The position numbers were made by a program, and so were the translations under genes. Below the pieces are notes generated by a model that ran no database searches, was not told where the DNA came from, and saw nothing but the letters and a program-made list of their open reading frames with translations. Source: Lytechinus pictus (Eukaryota). From it: DNA of 64,000 bases. Shown piece after piece: positions 38,766-50,669 of the stretch. Each line of letters begins with the position of its first letter. Position 1 is the stretch's first letter. Where the stretch lies: assembly GCF_037042905.1 (NCBI RefSeq), contig NC_087251.1, forward strand, positions 558,001 to 622,000. Direction: 5' to 3'.

Positions 38766-40442
38766 ATACCCCCATCTCACTAGATGGCGAATCCGCTGCG
38801 ATCATCAAAAATCGACAAAGCGTGGTATAACGTAGCTTGATCGTGGCTTGATCTTTTCAATCTTCTCCGTCGTACCTTGATCTTTTCTGAAGCGGCAAGG
38901 ATCGCCACCATCTTCCTGGTCGCCACAAAATTTTGAACATGTTCAAAACTTAAGTAGCAAGAGCGCGGAGGTGCTAAAGCGCTCCACAATCGAGTCATGA
39001 GCGTATTACAAACGACATATTCGTAGCTGTAACGGAGCTCCAACACATAAAGCTAAGTAAAAACGCATTAAAAGCGGCACCTATCGCCCGTGTTTTCAGG
39101 CCCGTTCCCAAGACAATACTGCTACGCTGCTTCCGTTTACAAGGCGACTGCCTTGCGCTCGACACGCTTCACACCGTTTCAACCGCGACGCTTTCTTCTT
39201 TGGGTGGCATGTGGCACACGTTCTCAGCCCGCTGCAGGCATTTGCGTTGCGCTTTTGCTGCGCCGCTGATGACTGGGCAGCGATTGCGCAACGGCCGTCC
39301 GCGCTGCTATAAAACGCCGTGCCAATGGTGGCGGATTATCACATTTGCAACAGATTATGAGGCGACACCACAACGTTTTTAAACATACCTCCCAGAAAAA
39401 GGACAAAAAAAAGGGAAAGCTGCCCAAGCTACCCCTGTTATGCCGGCGGTCCAAGAGGAAGAACAAGAGGTTATGGTGGTGGTAGAGGAAGAGGAGGAGG
39501 GGGTACAGGAGGATGAAAATCTTACTGCTGAGCCAGCTGGAAAGAGAAAAAAGACGCTCACATGTCTTGATGACGAAATGGGTTACCTCTGCAAAAATAT
39601 ATAAATTGACTGTTCTAAAAATAGATTGAATTCTAACCACAGTGACAGTAGACAATATCAAATTTTGTTAATGATTCGATCACTAATGTATTGATTGGGA
39701 AAGGCACTCTTTAGGGAGATTCTGGCATTGTGCCCCCCTCCCTTTTTTTATGAGTGCTCTCACATCAGTAGACTACTTGTCAGCAAATTTGAAAGGAATT
39801 TACCAAACAATTTTGAGTGACAAACTTTTGTGGTAAAAAATAAACAGAATATCAAAGATTTTTATGCTCTTTTATGAAATTCTGGATGCATCCCTCAGGC
39901 TCATCGACATCTTTTGAATGAAATTTTAATAAGTGACAGCCAGGATCGGACCCAGTATCTCTTTGGCCTCCTCCTTCTCCTGTCCTCGTATTCAACTTCG
40001 AACTGATGTTGTTGTTGAATGCTAAGATGTATAAGTCCAACCAAATTCTGGACATCCTTCTTGGTCGGCAATCGACTGAAGAATGTCTCATGTGCCGCGA
40101 TTAATATGCCGATTGCTTAAAATCGTTTCAAGAGCCCATCATGAACGTAAACACAATCGCTCCATTCGTAGCACCACCGTACTGAGGTCCTAATAGGCGT
40201 ATGAGCCTCGTTGTACGGTCGCTTTGATCGCAGAAGCAGCGCATCACATCTGCCTTGAATCGTGGCAAGAGAGTGGCATCGTCGTACTATCAGCGTATTA
40301 CCATCGCCTTCAGCGCAGGTCGGTCGCAGAGAAGTTGCACATGCACTGCAATCGCCTCGCAGGCTTAAAATAGAATTCGAGGAAGAATCTGCTACGCTTT
40401 GCGGGATTTACACAGATCGCCTTCCTAGTGAGATGGGGGCCT
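38766..40442. mobile_element. Internally deleted PIF/Harbinger element with remnants of both genes
   Basis: TIR CCCCCATCTCACTAG/CTAGTGAGATGGGGG. Minus strand about 39935-40020 reads QQQHQFEVEYEDRRRRRPKRYWVRSWLS (Harbinger transposase N-terminal style). Plus strand about 39395-39580 reads the basic/acidic PRKRTKKKGK...EEEEE...KRKK. Confidence 0.7.
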
Positions 40443-40934
40443 AAGCGGAACCTATACTATACTAGTATAGTTATACGAATCATCGCTCGAGGTACTCCAG
40501 CCCTAGACAGCTGGCAGCCGTCTGTTTCGAGGATTTTTTTTTATTTTTTAATTTTTTTTATTTCTCCTCGTACACAGACGGCTCGCTATCGTGCAGCTAC
40601 CATTAGGGGACTTACAATGCAAAATCCCCCCGTCGGGGCTCTTCAATTTTTGTCTTTAATGAATCAAACTTTTGAAAATTAACGCGTCCGAAATGCAAAT
40701 TAATATTCCCTCTTGGCATTAATTGCCAAATAACGGGGAAAATCAAGTTAAAAGGAACAAAAACAGTGACTTACCTCGGCTGTCGCGCAACTTCACCTCC
40801 CTGTTTTATCCGAACTTAGTTATAATACCGGGTAGGCCTATATATAATAAATATAGGGCCTACATAAACATATGGCCATTGAGTCCCCTGTACAGATCGC
40901 GCTAGAACTTCGGTCTCTGTATTTGGCGAGTGAA

Positions 40935-41876
40935 AGTGTAGTTTCGCACCTCCCCGTTTAATGGTTTTCAAACATGTACAATCTCATCCTAAATAATTCA
41001 CAACCTAAAATACTTGCATCTGGGCCTCCAAAGTCCAGTAGAAGTTGAATATTTGCCGTTTTGACACTTTTTTACAAAGTTTTAACGTTACACCTATTTC
41101 AGAATCACTCGGTCGCTTGATCAAGCTCAGCGCTGCACATAAGCAGTTGGTACGCGTACAGTACGTACCACCTAGTGAAGTGCAAAAAGAGCGAGTTTTT
41201 CTATGGTATCTTCAAAAAGATTTTTTCCCCTCTTTCAGCTTGCACCTAGTATTACGGTAGTGGTTTTTCACATTTCTTATTTCATTCAAACAAGCACACA
41301 CATGCACACCCCACACACACCTTCACACAACAAACATCAACCACTCTGCACAACCACTACCGTAATACTTGGTGCAAGCTGAAAGAGGGGAAAAAAATCT
41401 TTTTGAAGATACCATAGAAAAACTCGCTCTTCTTGCACTTCTTAAACTGGGCGTTGTGGCGTGCGCCTATAATCCAAGCTGTGTGGGGAAGTTACAAATT
41501 GATGCAGAGGTTCGGGGTTCGAGCCCTGGTCACGTCTTTCGGATGGTGACGTTAAAGGTCGGTCCCAGACGTAAATAATCATATCTGATTGATACACGTC
41601 TGACAAAACTCAAATACACACACTTCACTAGGTGGTACGTACCGGTACTGTACGCGTACCGACTGCTTCTGTGCAGCGCTGAGCTTCAAGCGACCGAGTG
41701 ATTCCGAAATAGGTGTAAAACTTTGTTTAAAAAAGTGTCAAAACGGCAAATATTCAACTTCTAGTCTACTGGACTTTGCTTTGGAGGCTCAGATGCAAGT
41801 ATTTAGGTTGTGAATTATTTAGGGTGAGATTGTACATGTTTGAAAACCATTAAACGGGGAGGTGCGAAACTACACT
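40935..41876. mobile_element. Fold-back MITE with ~330-bp arms, host of the 7SL-like SINE
   Basis: AGTGTAGTTTCGCACCTCCCCGTTTAATGG (40935) mirrors CCATTAAACGGGGAGGTGCGAAACTACACT (41876). Arms continue inward to about 41264 and 41352 around a CA-rich loop. Confidence 0.85.
41442..41620 (+). mobile_element. Chimeric SINE-like insertion with 7SL RNA/Alu-domain-like head, B box, Deu-domain-like body and (CA)n tail
   Basis: 41446-41480 ACTGGGCGTTGTGGCGTGCGCCTATAATCCAAGCT aligns 26/35 by hand to the human 7SL 5' end. B box GGTTCGAGCCC at 41516-41526. GTCTTTCGGATGGTGACGTTAAA from 41534. TSD CACTTC at 41436-41441 and 41621-41626. The insert is absent from the mirrored arm of the host MITE. Confidence 0.8.
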
Positions 41877-42125
41877 AGCGCCGCCAACGGAGTTCAGCTG
41901 AACCAACATAACAGAGACCGAAGCTTTTGGTCTACTCCAGCCCATGCCAAGATACCGGTACCGACTTACAGGAGCTCCGGCGCCGACACGTCGGCGAAGC
42001 TCTCTCTGAGTACCGACTACCGGTACCGTATGCCACATCACATGCCAGCTGTCAAAATGGTATCGGTGATAACCAGCCTAAGTTTTTGCGTTTGGGGAAA
42101 GTTATGCTGGGCCTTTTCAAATTAC

Positions 42126-42197
42126 CTTGCTTGGATCTGAAAGATATAATCTCTCCGCAGCTTTTACGAACTCCTCCCATGAATTTATGTAGGTCAT
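42126..42197 (-). CDS. SRP9: SRP9 coding exon 1 (MTYINSWEEFVKAAERLYLSDPSK)
   Basis: Manual minus-strand translation: ATG at 42197, 72 nt, followed by the donor AAG|GTAATT (phase 0). Resembles the SRP9 N-terminus (human WEEFSRAAEKLYLADPMK). Confidence 0.96.
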
Positions 42198-42879
42198 CTT
42201 GTTAGATTAATGGTTTAACACTCCAAAGTTAGTTTCCCCTGTCCTATCTATGCGCCGGCCCTGATCCTCATCACATTGGTATATTATACCTATATACCGC
42301 GTACATATGTACACGGTAAATCATATCCAATCGATCGCCGGCCGCCGGCGCCGCGCCAGCTAGAGGGCAGCAACACACAAGCGTTTGGAAAAGGCTAATA
42401 CGCAAATGAAGAGAAAAGAAAGAAAGAAAAAACAAACAGAATAAAAAGAGAGACGATCGTTAACAAGAAAAAAAAAGAACAACAAAAGAAAAGAAAAAGA
42501 AAAAAAGAAAAGGAAAAAATGAAAAGAAAAAAGAAGAAAAAAAAGAAATGAAAAGAAGACAGATACAGAAAACAGGGGCGGATCCAGCTCCCGCCAATAG
42601 GGGGGGGGGGCCGACATTTTTTTCAGCCATATTTTCCCCGATCGGCCGCTCAAAGTTGATTTTTGTTTGTTTCTTTGAATGGGTTGTGTTAGTGGCGTAA
42701 TGAGCCAAAAAATTTGAGGGGGCTTGATCGGCATATGGCATAAAATTAATAAGAAGTTGCGAGCGAGCGAAGCGAGCGAGCAAAATATTTGACATTTTAA
42801 TTACAAAAATCAAAGTTTGTGGTAGATTTTGATATAACCTGATAACATTTGAAAAATTAAGGCCTATATGTCACTTATC

Positions 42880-43400
42880 CCTTTCCGACGTGCTACTGTT
42901 TGGAGATTCCATGTTGAAGAACATTTGATGGTCGTCGCCTGGCAAGCAAAATGAAAGTGAGATGTCGATCGTTCCGTTCCCGGTGCCAGGTCCGAAGACA
43001 TACCATGTCTATCCAACGAGCGTGCCGACCCCTGTGCCGACGGTACCGTTATTGTGCATGTCGGTACAAACTACACCAAGGATGGCCTCAATTGTCTGCA
43101 CAACAAGATCGTGGACGTATATAGGAAATATAATTGCTGCTAGCAAGGGGCTGAAGGTCATCCTATCTGGCATCATCCACAGACGATGGGAGTCGCGGCA
43201 CCATGCAATGAGAGGAGGATCGACTTCGTCAACTCCAACCTAAGGGATACTGCGAGGCGAAACTCATGGGGTTTCGTCATCAATGACAACATCGGCGAGC
43301 AGCACCTAGGTCGTGATGCGATGGGGTCCACCTTACATCCGCCGTGTCTTACCAAACCAGAAGCATATATAACGACGTCCAAACTTCTTTGATGGAAGGT
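42880..43400 (+). pseudogene. LINE ORF1 remnant, SGNH/GDSL esterase-like
   Basis: Frameshifted motifs VLLFGDSMLKNI, PGARSED, VIVHVGTN, KVILSGIIHR and DGVHL occur in SGNH block order. Confidence 0.75.
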
Positions 43401-43645
43401 CCTATGCTGACGTAGCTGCTCCTACGACCAACATACACGGAGATGTCAGAAGGCATGCATGGTGAGACAACCAGATCGAGGACTTCGACAAGAGAGTGGC
43501 AGGACTATTTACTGTTAGTGAGATCATTACTTAATGGTTTAACACATGTATCTCCATATATATTTGATTGATGAATGAATATGATACTATGATGGCAAAG
43601 ATGGAAATTGGAAATTTTGATGTATATAACAGATCACTTGACCTG

Positions 43646-45480
43646 CCCAGGACCAAAATCCAATTGAAACCAGTTGGATTTCCAACTGGTTTCAATTGGT
43701 TTCAATTGGTTTCAACTGGTTTCAATTGGTTTTAACTGGAATTTAACAATTTCCAGTTGAAACCAATTGAAACCAGTTGGGCAACTGGAAATCCTAACTG
43801 GAACCAGTTGGGTAACTGGAAATGACTTCCAATTGGGAATGATTTCTAACTGGAACCAGTTGAGTAACTGGAAATCCCAACTGGAACCAGTTGGGCAACT
43901 GGAAATCCTAACTGGAACCAGTTGGGTAACTGCATGGAAATGACTTCCAATTGGAAATGATTTCTTACTGCTGGAACCAGTTGAGTAACTGGAAATCCCA
44001 ACTGGAACCAGTTGGGCAACTGGAAATCCTAACTGGAACCAGTTGGGTAACTGGAAATGACTTCCAATTGGAAATGATTTCTAACTGGAACCAGTTGGGC
44101 AACTGGAAATCATAACTGGAACCAGTTGGGTAACTGGAAATGACTTCCAACTGGAAATGATTTCTAACTGGAACCAGTTGAGTAACTGGAAATCCCAACT
44201 GGAACCAGTTGGGCAACTGGAAATCCTAACTGGAACCAGTTGGGTAACTGGAAATGACTTCCAATTGGAAATGATTTCTTACTGGAACCAGTTGAGTAAC
44301 TGGAAATCCCAACTGGAACCAGTTGGGCAACTAGAAATCCTAACTGGAACCAGTTGGGTAACTGGAAATGACTTCCAATTGGAAATGATTTCTAACTGGA
44401 ACCAGTTGGGCAACTGGAAATCCTAACTGAAACCAGTTGGGTAACTGGAAATGACTTCCAACTGGAAATGATTTCTAACTGGAACCAGTTGGGTAACTGG
44501 AAATCCTAACTTGAACCATGCATTCAGTTGTGTAACTGGAAATCCTAACTGGTACCAATTGGGTAACTGAGATGACTTCTAACTGGAAAGATGGGTAACT
44601 GGAAATGAATTCTAATTGGAACCAGTTGGGTAACTGGAAATTATTTCCAATTGGTTTCCAATTGGAAATTTTCCAGTTACCCAACTGGATCCAATTGAAA
44701 CCAGTTAATTTGCATATTATTTGCCAGTGTGCACAGATTAATGTTTTATGAGATTAATCATCATTAACAATGTATCTATTTAATTCTTTACAATTTCAAG
44801 TACCACACTTTTTAAAGATTAGTATTTAGAATACTTAGCAGTGAAAACCATGTTCATAAATGTTATAGATTATAATTAAAACAGATTAAAGGATAATTAG
44901 TACACCACTAACTGTTACCAAATTACATCAAATAAAAGTACATATATTTGAAGATCTTCCATATAAATATATATACATGGAAGTCTGTATTTTATCAATG
45001 CCCTTTACATTGGTATTAATAGACATATAACACTGCTTCTGTGTTGGCATGATAAATAGTTACTGCAAATGCTAATTAATTTGTAACTAATTAAGTTCGT
45101 TCCAACTGGAAGTTCCAATTGGATCCAGTTGGAAACCAATTGGTTTCAACTGGTTCCAGTTGAAACCAGTTGCCTCCAATTGGTTTCAACTGGAACCAAT
45201 TGAAACCAGTTGCCTCCAATTGGATTCAATTGGTTTTAATAGGGAAATTGGAACAACTGGAACGTACCAATTGACAACAATTGCCAACTGGTTCCAGTTG
45301 CCCAATTGGTTTTAACTGGAACCAATTGGCAACTGGTTTTCAATTGGTTTTTAACTGGAACCAATTGGCAACTGGTTTTCAATTGGAACCAGTTGTTCCA
45401 ATTTCCCTATTGAAACCAGTTGGCCAACTGGTTTCAATTGGTTTTGCCCTAATTGGTTTTAACTGGATTTTGGTCCTGGG
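43646..45480. mobile_element. EnSpm/CACTA-like non-autonomous element with palindromic AACTGGAACCAGTT arrays
   Basis: CCCAGGACCAAAATCCA...TGGATTTTGGTCCTGGG; 2-bp TSD TG; inserted between LINE ORF1 and ORF2. Confidence 0.8.
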
Positions 45481-46178
45481 TGGTGAGTTCTGTGTTCTAT
45501 ATGCACGACTTTACCTGCAAAACGATTTGTTATGAAAAAATAAACTTAAGAATGATATATCCCAAATTGTACATTTATTATTTTCAAAACAAATGGATCC
45601 CTTCCATAGAATTAATGAATAGGGAAGTGACCAAAATCATTGTTTTCTTTCTCCTATTATTGTCCGGGGATATTGAATCAAACCCAGGCCCACAATTTAA
45701 GTTTCCATGTGGAAACTGCGAAAAACCAGTAATCAAATCAGTGCGGCCTTCTTTGTTCCACTTGTAAAAGATGGTAAGATATTCACTGTCAAGAAATACG
45801 CCTGGAAATATATTCAAATTTATATTTGAGCCCCGATGTCGAATGGTTTTGTTCAAACTGTTTTTACCATCTTTCTGTCAATCTTTATTTGACGACTACA
45901 ATAATACTATTGTAAACTGTGAGAAAGAAATTCGGGTACCCGAAAACATTCCAGAGCCAAATTTACAACAACAAAAATCGAAGGATTCAAGTTTACTTTA
46001 TCAAGATTTTGAAAACATATTTGCTGTAAAAGGTCTTCACTTTGTACATCTAAATGTTAGATCTATTCTACCAAAAAATTCAGAACTTCGAATTCTGTTT
46101 AAGAGAAAGAATCTTGCAGTCATTGCTTTCACAGAAACATGGCTAAATGACTCGGTGAATGATGAAGAAATCAATATA
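45481..46178 (+). pseudogene. LINE ORF2 5' part: SGDIESNPGP, PHD-like finger, start of the APE endonuclease
   Basis: LLLLSGDIESNPGPQFKFPCGNCEKPV; KGLHFVHLNVRSIL...IAFTETWL. Confidence 0.9.
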
Positions 46179-46382
46179 TAGACGGATCAATATATAGTTT
46201 GACCCGGAACAAATTGCAACAAATGATTTTCAACTGTTTCTGGCAGTATTTGACCTCAGGAAAAACATACTAAAAATCTACCAAAATCCGCACATGGGAA
46301 AGTGGTTATTTTCAAGATGGCGTCCAAGATAACCGCCATTCACTGAAAATGGATATAAGTCACTCATTATCCACCCTATAGA

Positions 46383-46920
46383 TTTTTATTTATTTATTTA
46401 TTTTGTTTTATTTATTTTATACTGCAGGGTAGGCCTGTTCAGTTCTTAAAACTGTTTTACAAAGGCGCCCTGCAGTTTAAAATACATGTCAAGATAACTA
46501 TGAACAACAACAACAAACAACATCAAAAATACAAAATACAAAATATCTAACATCAGAAACAATTAACACCAAAATATAGAGTGGGAAGTGACAATTTAAA
46601 CATACATAGCATTGTAAATCAATGGAATATCATTTCGCTCTTTATCAATTCGTATGAAAGGCTTTGCATAATTTTTTAAAAACTAACAAGGAGGTACAAA
46701 CTTGTAAATTTGAAGGAAGTGCATTAAATAATTTGGGTCCGACATATGCGAAAGATTTTCTTTTATGTTCAATTCTAGCTTTGGGAAGCTGAAGGGGGCA
46801 TCGTAAAGAATACCGTGTCCTGTATTTCACGGGCCGTTTACATACTAAAGGTTTTAAATAATTTGGAACTAAATCATTCATTATTTTATATACAAGAACA
46901 CAATACTGATATTTTATACG
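46383..46920 (-). pseudogene. 5'-truncated L2/CR1-group LINE 3' end nested in the fold-back arm
   Basis: ORF 46645-46881 (KSFAYVGPKLFNALP...FKK) is a typical ORF2 C-terminus; (TAAA)n-like tail at about 46383-46420. Confidence 0.8.
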
Positions 46921-47005
46921 CTAGAATCCTATTTGATTTCATATTCCATGGTACAGTGGGTAAACGAATTTGTTGAAACAAGTTAAAGTGAATATTAGCA
47001 ATCTA

Positions 47006-47237
47006 CACTCTAAATTACAGGGATTTAAAATAAGTCCAGATGGACTGTAGCTAGGGACCAATCGATTTCTGAATTTAGTTTTAATCCTAACGACTTAAAT
47101 TTAAATCTCAAATGATTTAAATTTAAATCTTTCGAGATTTAAAAATGAATCTTAAGGATTCAAACTAAATCCGGAATTCGATTGGTCCCTAACTACAGTC
47201 CATGTGGACTTGTTTTAAATCCCTGTAATTTAGAGTG
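47006..47237. mobile_element. Small palindromic CAC-ended MITE, TA flanks
   Basis: TA|CACTCTAAATTACAGGGATTTAAAA...TTTTAAATCCCTGTAATTTAGAGTG|TA. Confidence 0.85.
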
Positions 47238-49432
47238 TAGGGTACCAGAAAAATCCAAGATGGCGCCCCGCAAATGGCTGCTGTAGGCTAAAAAATCCTT
47301 ACCTACTTACTTAAGTGGCTTTAATTTGGTATCTTTTTAATGGTTTTACTGGCGAAGTAGTACATCGGGACAAGTTACAAGGATAGTCAGTGGTCTGGTG
47401 TGTCAAAAAATCCAAGATGGCTTCCAAAAATTGAGTTTAAAATGGCTGTTAATGCTTAAAATGGACATAGCTCATATCACATCCACCTGAGAGATATGAT
47501 TTTGGTGTCTAGACCATGGTTTCAATGGTCAAATAATACACTGGGATAAGTTACAAGGACAGTCAGTGGTCCGATATGTTAAAAAATGCAAGATGGCTTC
47601 CAAAAATGGAGTAAAAAAATGATGTTGCTACTTTAAAAAACAAACATAGTTTTTTCATTATCCGGGAATATGATTTTGTGCCTATAGGCTATACCAAGGT
47701 TAAATTGGTCAAATAATACATTGGGATAAGTTGCAAGGACGATGGGTGGTCAAGTATGTCCAAAAGTCCACGGTGGCTTTAAAAAATAGTATAAATTAGC
47801 CGCGCTGGTATTTACAAAATGGACAGAGTTCATGTAATATCCGTCAAGGGCATATGATATTTATGACTAATCCATGGTTTTAAAGTCAGAAAATTAGTTA
47901 CAATGACAGTCAGTTGACTAGTATGTCAAAAATCCTAGATGGCTTCCAAAAATCGGAATTTTAAAATCACCGCTTCTACTTTAAATAGACATACTTCATT
48001 TAAAATCCACCAAGGAAATATAATTTCGGTGTCCACACTATGGTTTCATGGTTAAAATAATACGTTTGGACTGGTTGCATTGATATGCAGTTGTCCATTT
48101 TGCCTAAATATCCAAGAGGGTTTTCAAAAAAGGCATCTGAAACGACTCATATCACTCAATAGTGGTAAGAGTTCTACAATATCTACATGTATCTGTATGA
48201 AATAATGTTGGTGTCTAAATTGTGGTAGGAAAGGTCAAATAATACATTCGAACAAGAAACAATGATGGTTACTATTCCATTTTGTCAATATGATAACTTA
48301 TCCCTATGTATTTAGGTGTAGGCACCAATATTATTTCTCACAAGTGGATATTGTAGGAACTAATATGTCCATTTTTAAGTAACAGCAGTCACTTTAGAAC
48401 CCATTTTTTTAAGCTAACTTGGATTTCAAGGCAAAATGGATAACTGCATATCATGGTAACCAGTCCCAAAGTATTCTTTGACCCTTGAAACCCTAGTGTA
48501 GAACAAAAATAATATCCCCAAGGTGTATTTGTAATGTTCTATATCCACTTTTAAGTAACAACAGTCATTTAAGACCCCAATTTTTAAAGCCATCTTCGAT
48601 TTTTGGACATACCTGACACATGACTGTCCTTTCAACTTAACCAAAATGTATTACTTAACCCTTTAAACTCTAGTGTAGACAGCAAAATCATACCTCCAAG
48701 ATGTATTTCTAATAAACTATGTATACTTTTAAGTAACAACAGTCAATTTACACCCCATTTTTTTAAAAGTCATCTTAGATTTTTTAACAAACACACATTT
48801 GACTGGTCTTGTAACTTACCCTAGTGTATTACCTGACCCTTTATACCAAGGTTTAGATATCAAATTCGTATTCCCCAGACAGATATTGAACAAACTATGT
48901 CCTTTTATAAGTAACATCATACATTTTTTACTCCATTTTTGGACGCCATCTTGTAATTGTGAACATACTAGACCACTGACTGTCATTGTAACTTGACCTA
49001 AATTATAATTTGACCCTTATAACCATAGTTTAGACACCGGAAATCATATATCACAGGCGGATATAAAATGAGCTATGCCATTTTTAAGTATCAGCAGCCA
49101 TTTTAGAATCAATTTTTGGAAGCCATATTTGATTTTTGGTCATACCAGGCCACCGACTGTCCTTGTAACTTGCCCAAATATATTAATTGATCCTTGAAAC
49201 CAGTGGTTTAGACACGGAAATCACATCTCCCAGGCCGATATGAAATGAGCTATGTCCGCTTTAAGTATTAGCAGCCATTTCAGAATCAATCTTTGGAATC
49301 CATCGGAGATTTTTGCATATACCAGACCACTGACTTTCCTTGTAACTTGTCTCAATGTAATATTTGACCACTTTAACCATGGTATAGATACAAAAATCAG
49401 ATTTCTGGATATTGAGTAATTTATGTCGGTTT

Positions 49433-50669
49433 TAGTCTCGCCTGCATAGCAGAGTGAGACTATAGGCGCCGCTTTTCCGACGGCGGCGGCGGCGTCAACA
49501 TCAAATCATAACCTAAGGTTAAGTTTTTGAAATGACATCATAACTTAGAAAGTATATGGACCTAGTTCATGAAACTTGGACATAAGGTTAATCAAGTATT
49601 ACTGAACATCCTTCTTGAGTTTCAGGTCACATGACCAAGGTCAAAGGTCATTTAGGGTCAATGAACTTAGACCATGTTGGGAAAATTATTTTCAAAATCT
49701 TAACCGAAGGTTAAGTTTTTGAAATGACATCATAACTTAGAAAGTATATGGACCTAGCTAGTTCATGAAACTTAGGCATAAGGTTGATCAAGTATTAGTG
49801 AACATCCTGCTCGAGTTTCAGGTCACGTGACCAAGGTCAAAGGTCATTTAGGGTCAATGAACTTTGGTCAAGTTGGGGGTATTTGTTGAATTACTATTAT
49901 AACTTTGAAAATTTTTGGATCTAGTCCATGAAATTTGGACATAAGGTTAATCAAGTATTAGTGAACATCCTGCCTGAGTTTCAGGTCACATGACCAAGGT
50001 CAAAGGTCATTTAGGGTCAATGAACTTTGGCCAAGTTGGGGGTATATGTTAAATTACCATCCTAGCTCTGAAAGTTTATGTATCTAGTTCATAAAACTTG
50101 GACATAAGAGTAATCAAGTATCACTGAACATCCCCTGTGAGTTTCAGGTCACAAAACCAAGTCAAAGGTCAGTTGAGGTCAATAAACTTAGGCCATGTTG
50201 GGGTAATTGTTGAAGTGCCATCATAACTTTGAAAGTTTAGTAGTAGTAGTAGTAGTATTTATTTCCGTATTAAAAAGCACAATTATATACAATAAAATAC
50301 GGTGGATAGCCCACATTCAGCGTGACTGGCACAGTAGCGCTGGTCTTCCGTGGGGTCCATAACATATAACATTAACGTATAATTTAGATACAATAAACCA
50401 CATTAGAATAACAGATGTACAGAAGATAAATGAAAATGTAAATAAATAAATAAAGTTTATGGATAGAGTGAATGAAATGTGGACATGGGTGTAGTTGACA
50501 GTCTTAAGTCTCCGTTCAAATGTCATATATGGTCAATGAACGTGGTATTATGTCATTATATGAATGATGTTTTTGTGAATGATTATTTTATAGTAGTTTT
50601 CAAAGTTAGCACTGCTGCTATATTAAATTGCGTAATGCAGGCGAGACTGCCAGAGGCGTTCCACATGTT
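49433..50669 (-). mobile_element. Helentron/HINE-like repeat, copy 4, containing a short LINE tail (~50240-50451)
   Basis: Reverse complement of the copy 2/6 structure. The inner insert has a (TAG)n tail and a probable TSD AAAGTTTA. Confidence 0.8.

Noticed and set aside
41446..41620. Authentic 7SL/SRP RNA gene, or human Alu contamination
   Set aside because: Only about 45 nt are 7SL-like. There is no S domain, no Alu dimer or poly(A) tail, and the insert has a TSD within a native repeat.
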